Source: Octopus vulgaris
Lineage: Eukaryota
DNA length: 64,000 nucleotides
NCBI GenBank assembly: GCA_951406725.2
Contig: OX597832.1
Coordinates: 58,652,001 to 58,716,000 of the forward strand
Direction: 5' to 3'
Shown here: in pieces, positions 58,441 to 64,000 of the stretch
Layout: each line of letters starts with the position of its first letter
Position numbering within the stretch: position 1 is the first letter of the stretch
Notes under the pieces: model-generated
Told to the model about the DNA's origin: nothing
What the model saw: the letters and a program-made list of their open reading frames with translations, nothing else
The model's database searches: none
Program-made: the position numbers and the translations under genes

Positions 58441-59224
58441 GTAAATCCATGTCAAAAATGGCGTGTCTATTGAATTGGTTTTCTCCTGAATACAACAACA
58501 TCAACGTTTTTTTAGTTTTTGTTGTTATTGTTGTTGTTGTCTTTCTTCTTTTTTTAAAAACGTCTACTCATTCGTTTGTGTCACTCTTTGAAGAGTTCTG
58601 CATTTAACCATTGAAAACTCGCCATGTTTTTCTGACAACAGCCAGACTTCATGAAATGTCATAATATGTTGAAGAATACTTATTGTAAACCATGCCATAA
58701 CAAAAGGTGGAAAAGATAAAAAAAAACAAAAAAAAAACAAAAATACCTTTCTTTTCGTTTTAGACTAAACTCTACTACATTTAAACCTGGTCTTAAAACC
58801 TATCTCTCTCTCCACCAACCAATCGACTAACCGACCAACCAACCAGCCGACCAACCAACCAACAAGCCAGCCAATCAACGAATTTAGCAATCCATCATGA
58901 AATATTCACAGATCAATTGCATGTGATCGTTAGATCTATGTTTCAAAATTAAAACTCATTGAATGGGATTTGTGATAGAGCTGGGTTGTCTTGTGAATCT
59001 TTGTGCAGCTCTGACATGTTTATTTTCCTCTTATATGGCTTTTAAATTGTTTCCAAGACAGATCTGCAAGTGGGTATTGAAAAAAAATATTTTTATTTAT
59101 CATCTATTATCCTAACGAAAACTAAATATTCTCATCATCACAAGGCCGTAAATATTAGGCCGTCTGATAAATTTGTTGCACGGGTTATATATTTTTTTAA
59201 TTTTGTACTCCAACAACATACCTT

Positions 59225-59395
59225 TTAGCTTTTGTTTGCTTCAGTCAATAAACAGTGACCATGCTGGGGTACCGCCTTAAAGTTTTGGTCGAATGAACCG
59301 CTAGATCGGCCTGAGGCCATAGTAGAAACCACTAGCCCACGGTGCCATTCAGTGGGACTGAAACCGGAACCATGTTGTTGGGAAGCAAGCTTCTT
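59225..59395 (-). mobile_element. SINE family B, internally deleted
   Basis: ccatgctggggtaccgcc...tcggcctgaggccatagtagaa...agtgggactgaaaccggaaccatg. Confidence 0.65.
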
Positions 59396-60289
59396 TATTT
59401 CATTATATTGGCCATAAAGGCCTTACATGGAGAAAGGAATCTGCGGGTTGGACACAGACATCATGTTATATGAAATGAAAAATGAAAATGATGATTAATG
59501 GGGTGAAAATCAACACCGGCCGATCGTTCTTTCCCGAGAACATTGATCTCTTATATTATTCATGAGGCAACAAACCTCTTATATTGTTCACAATATTCAA
59601 TAACAAAATGAGGCACTAAGCTTCTTACCTTTTTTTTTCCAAACTAGGAACTTTCAATAACACCGAGGGAAGCAAATTTCTTACCACACAATTACGCCTG
59701 TCTAAAAAGAGGTAAAATTTATAGAAATTTCAAAGCAATAAACAAAAGTTTTAGAGGAATAATAGCTGCGAAACCAAACAAAAAAAATTCCTAAAATAAA
59801 AATATTTTTTTTTCTGTAAATTTCAATAAAATTGGAAAGGGATTAAAATAAACAGAAACTATAATAATAAATAAACGAACGAATTTGTGGCAATCGAACA
59901 GAGGTTTGTTTCATGATATTCCAAGAAACGTCTGTGAAGTTGAATTCATAAAAAAGAACGAAAACGTAAGCAATGAAACGCGTGGACGCTCCATGTCGTT
60001 TTTTCATCTGTTAGAAATAATAGCTAGATTTTCTTCTAACAGCAAATTGCACCGTGAGGAAAATGAAGGTTATGTTTCAGATACACAAATGATGACGACG
60101 TTATTAAACTTAGAACTAGAATGCCAATGACTATATATTTGTTTCTAAAAATGCAAGATTAAATAAAAATAAGAAAAATGTAGACTGGTGTTGCTCCAGC
60201 CTGACCAGATCCGGAACATTGATTGAAGTAAATGAGCAAATGAGTGTTCGTTTCAGATTACGATTCCAAAATTCAAATGCATCTCAAGT

Positions 60290-61660
60290 GTGGATCTCAA
60301 GAAGTGAGGTGTCAAGAATTTGAAAATAGGCAAGGTACGAGTCCTGGCAGGGATAGAATTACTAAGTGATGAAGCAAATTGAAAAGGAAGTCTCTAAGTA
60401 CCTTGGCATGCGAGAGTTCAATGAAATTATGGAGAAGGAAATGAAAGAACAGCAGAAGAAAATTTATTTCCGAAGACAACGAATGGTGTTGCGCTGAAAA
60501 TTGATCGGATGGAAGAAACTCCAAGCAGAAAATAAATGGGCGATGGTATCACTTTGATATGGAGCTGGAATCATAAACTGGCAAAAGACAGAACTGATGA
60601 GTATAGATAAGAAAATACGGAAACTGTTAAGGTTACACGGAACTTTCCATCCTGAGTGTGACACTGACAGGTTGTACTCATCCAGAAAAAGGGTAGGAAA
60701 GATTTGATAAGTTGCCAAGACTATTGAATCAAAGGAAAACAGTCTGTGGTGGTATGTAGAAAATGTCGGTGAATCATTATGGATGTTTGTGAAGAAGTCC
60801 GGCCTCCTTAAAACTGATAAATGTATTGAGAAAGAGAAATTGAAAAAGGAAAAGGAAAAGCACGACAATGAAATGGAAAGGAAAAAAATGTACGATCGGT
60901 TTGCAAGAGTTACGAGCGCAAAGACAGATTTAGAAGGCTAGTGGTTATGGATGCGGACGAGTGATTTGAGAATGGAAAGAGAAGCACTTATATGCAAGGC
61001 CCAAGAACGAGCATTGAGGACGAATTATGTAAAGTGCAGGATTGTTAAAACAACCGAGAGCGGCAAATGTGGTGAGAGGAGTGAAACGGCATGGCACATT
61101 GTTAGTGAATTCCCGAAATTGGCTCAACGTGAATAGAAAAGGCGACAAGATAATATGGCAAGAATGATACATTGAGAACTTTGGGGAAATTATGGCCGAG
61201 AAAAATCAAAGATGTGTTAGGACTAAATCTCAGAAGGGGTTACTGAGCATGAAGTGTGACCATCAGATTAGATAACGAAAAACTGACGTTGTGTTGAACA
61301 GAAAAGAAAAACAGTATGCCTGATAATTGACCTAGCTTTTCCTGGTGACAAAAAGATTGGAGAAAGAAAAGAATAAAAAGGAACAACTATGATGAATTGA
61401 AATGGGAAATACGCAAGTTGTGGGCAACGAAGAGAGTGAACGTGATCCCAATAGAGTTTAGCGCGCTTGGAAGTATCAGTACTCAACTACAAACGGGATT
61501 CAAAAAGATTGGCACAAAATTAACGATAGAACAGCAACAAAATTCCTCATTGCTTGGAACTGCAAGAGTTCTCTGTAGGTTATTGAAGTTAGTATCATCT
61601 TAGTCTCCAGGCTATGAGGAGATGACATTTTCCATCTCACCATAAGCTGAGAGTTTTCAT
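60290..61660 (+). pseudogene. R4/Dong-like LINE, heavily decayed 3' half
   Basis: YGAGIINWQKTEL..IDKKIRKLL..HGTFHP..DTDRLY...AQERALRTN...ETAWHIVS...YDELKWEIRKLW...VIPI...ALG. Confidence 0.85.
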
Positions 61661-61767
61661 CACACAATAGTATTAATGATTTCAATTTTTGGCACAAGGC
61701 CTGCGGCCTTAGGAGACGAGGCAAGTCAACTACATCGATACCAGTGCCCTACATTTACTTATTATAT

Positions 61768-61850
<83 letters not shown>
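61768..61850. repeat. (CTA)n microsatellite
   Basis: Direct reading. Confidence 0.95.
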
Positions 61851-61857
<7 letters not shown>

Positions 61858-61858
<1 letters not shown>

Positions 61859-62400
61859 GGTGTGATCATCACTACAGACTCGGCTGAAAGACGAGTCCGT
61901 CCCACACGCGACAACAGCTGTTCGACATATCCCCACAAGTCAGAAATGCCCGGACACTAAACGATTGCCTGCAGAACGCTTTCGTCAATGCGTGCCCGTC
62001 TGGCATCACATCGCGCCTGTAGAGTTTATCTCGAACCAGTAGCACTGTCAGGCCAAGAACATCTGGAAATTATCCATGATAATTCCCGACCGGAAAGTCC
62101 TCCAAAACAGACAAGCCCACAGTCTCTCCGAAAACGTCGTCGCAATCTCCGCCACTAATCCTCTATAAATTTCTAAAGCGGAATATCCACCTATCCCATT
62201 GGTTTATTGGTTGAGGGCTGTGTGCGTCTGAGGACATTCTAGGTGCCAGGTGTCCAATTTCGGTGTTTTATTCACCCAGGACTGCAGCTCCGTCAAGGAG
62301 ACGAGCTGCGGAAAGACGAACCTCGCAAACGGAACCCACACACCGTCCAGAAATCGTTGCAGGTAGCGTAACCTAAGAGCATGTCTGCATATTAGGAAGA
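61858..62400 (-). pseudogene. L1/Tx1-like LINE ORF2 C-terminal fragment
   Basis: RHALRLRYLQRFL..VWVPF...; L.VRDKLYRR...ESVLQAIV*CP...LW.YVE.LL (zinc-binding region remnant); GC-rich, between microsatellites. Confidence 0.55.
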
Positions 62401-62473
62401 AACGATAATAATAATAATAATAGTAATGACGATGATGATGATGATGATGATGATGATAATAATAATAATGATA

Positions 62474-62566
<93 letters not shown>

Positions 62567-62567
<1 letters not shown>

Positions 62568-62836
62568 TTCTGTTGTGTCTGGGGAGAGTCATTCTCTTTT
62601 AGTGCCTTATTATTTAACACACTCCCGGTAAAATTTCCACTTATTTCTTATTTTTATTTTCTAACATTTTCGTTGCGTCTTGCAACGTTTTCAATAGTCT
62701 TGCAACGTTTTCAATAGTCTTGAGTGTGTTAAATAATAAGGCACTAAAAGAAATGACTCACCCCAGACACAACAGAATATGCTTCAACACACAAACTCAT
62801 ATAAAGAATCTTGCAAACCAAATCCCAAAACGAAAA
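62567..62836. mobile_element. Short fold-back element in (TAA)n: ~58-bp inverted arms (62567-62624 / 62722-62778), HHR-like spacer, unpaired tail
   Basis: attctgttgtgtctgggg...aacacactc / gagtgtgtt...ccccagacacaacagaat; minus strand cta-TTGAAAA-c-gttgc-aagac-gcaac-GAAA-atgt-tag. Confidence 0.7.
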
Positions 62837-63029
62837 ATAATAATGATAATATTTTAAAAGGATTGACGTAACTCTTCACAAAGGTAAACAGGCAAGACGA
62901 AGAGCGTGATTCGATTGTAATAGATATTTTATTGGTTGAACGATATTTCGACAGCAAGCCTGTCTTTGTCAAGTTCAAAATAAGAAGTGATAAATGATGA
63001 TGATGATGATGATGATGATGATAATAACA

Positions 63030-63253
63030 ACAATAATCGGCGGAGCCCTGGGTACAGTGAGTGAAAATCTCGAGAAGTACGTGGAACAAATAGAGGCTGA
63101 AATAAGGGTGGAGCACTTGCAGAAAACTGCACTGCTTGGAACCGCTCGAATACCCCAGAAGGCGCTTGAAAAATAAGAGGTGTTACCTTAGTTCACTGGT
63201 ACTGAACAGTTGGCACCATAGTACACCTCCAACGTTAGAAACTGTGCAAAGGC

Positions 63254-63254
<1 letters not shown>
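63030..63254 (+). pseudogene. 5'-truncated R4/Dong-like 3' end with (TAA)n tail
   Basis: IIGGALGTVSENLEKY...HLQKTALLGTARI..KAL*, then a short 3' UTR and (TAA)n. Confidence 0.8.
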
Positions 63255-63308
<54 letters not shown>

Positions 63309-63321
63309 GTAATAGTAATAA

Positions 63322-63370
<49 letters not shown>

Positions 63371-63415
63371 TGATGATGATGATGATGATGATGCTGATGC
63401 TGATGCTGATGCTGG

Positions 63416-63453
<38 letters not shown>

Positions 63454-63595
63454 TGATGGTGATGATGATGATGCTGGGATGATGATGTTAACGATGAAAG
63501 TAGCAGTGCTGATTGTAATGATGGGGATGGTGATGACGATAATGATGATAGTAGTAGTAGTGGTAGTAGTTGTAGTAGTAGTAGTAGCAGTAGTG

Positions 63596-63637
<42 letters not shown>

Positions 63638-63661
63638 ATAGTAGTAATAATAATAATGATG

Positions 63662-63698
<37 letters not shown>

Positions 63699-63702
63699 CA
63701 AC

Positions 63703-63782
<80 letters not shown>

Positions 63783-63805
63783 TGATGGTGATGATGATGA
63801 TGATG
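63255..63805. repeat. (TAA)n/(TGA)n/(TAG)n compound tract
   Basis: Direct reading. Confidence 0.95.
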
Positions 63806-64000
63806 TGTTTGAAAGTTTGAATGAAGTAATAAAGTGAAAGAGACATGACGGAATGGATTAAGCTACAAAAGATGCAGTTAATCAGGTGTATTGAAGACAT
63901 TGCCTTTAGCAGGAGATCAAAACAAGAGAAAGATATAACGTATTGGCTTCATTGATATTCATGAACCTATACACAACGATAAAAACACCAACACAAACAT

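Overview
AT-rich, microsatellite-saturated eukaryotic intergenic or intronic DNA. Its repeat content points to a coleoid cephalopod, probably Octopus (inference from SINE families and repeat density). I recognise no intact host protein-coding exon; almost all track ORFs are translated microsatellites. The window holds dozens of copies of three or four tRNA-type SINE families and decayed LINE fragments (CR1/L2-like, R4/Dong-like, Tx1-like, CRE-like). It also holds pogo- and mariner-derived MITEs and one 5'-truncated Neptune-type Penelope-like element (PLE, about 50.9-55.0 kb; RT plus GIY-YIG). The PLE has ~850-bp inverted terminal repeats, each carrying an outward-pointing hammerhead ribozyme (HHR) motif with a compensated U3:A8 core. 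The most interesting signal is a set of short, non-coding, HHR-bearing elements from several families sitting in or against (TA)n/(TAA)n tracts. Several are fold-backs that repeat the large PLE's 'inverted copy plus asymmetric tail' layout in miniature. All structures were folded by eye and no ribozyme activity is shown.
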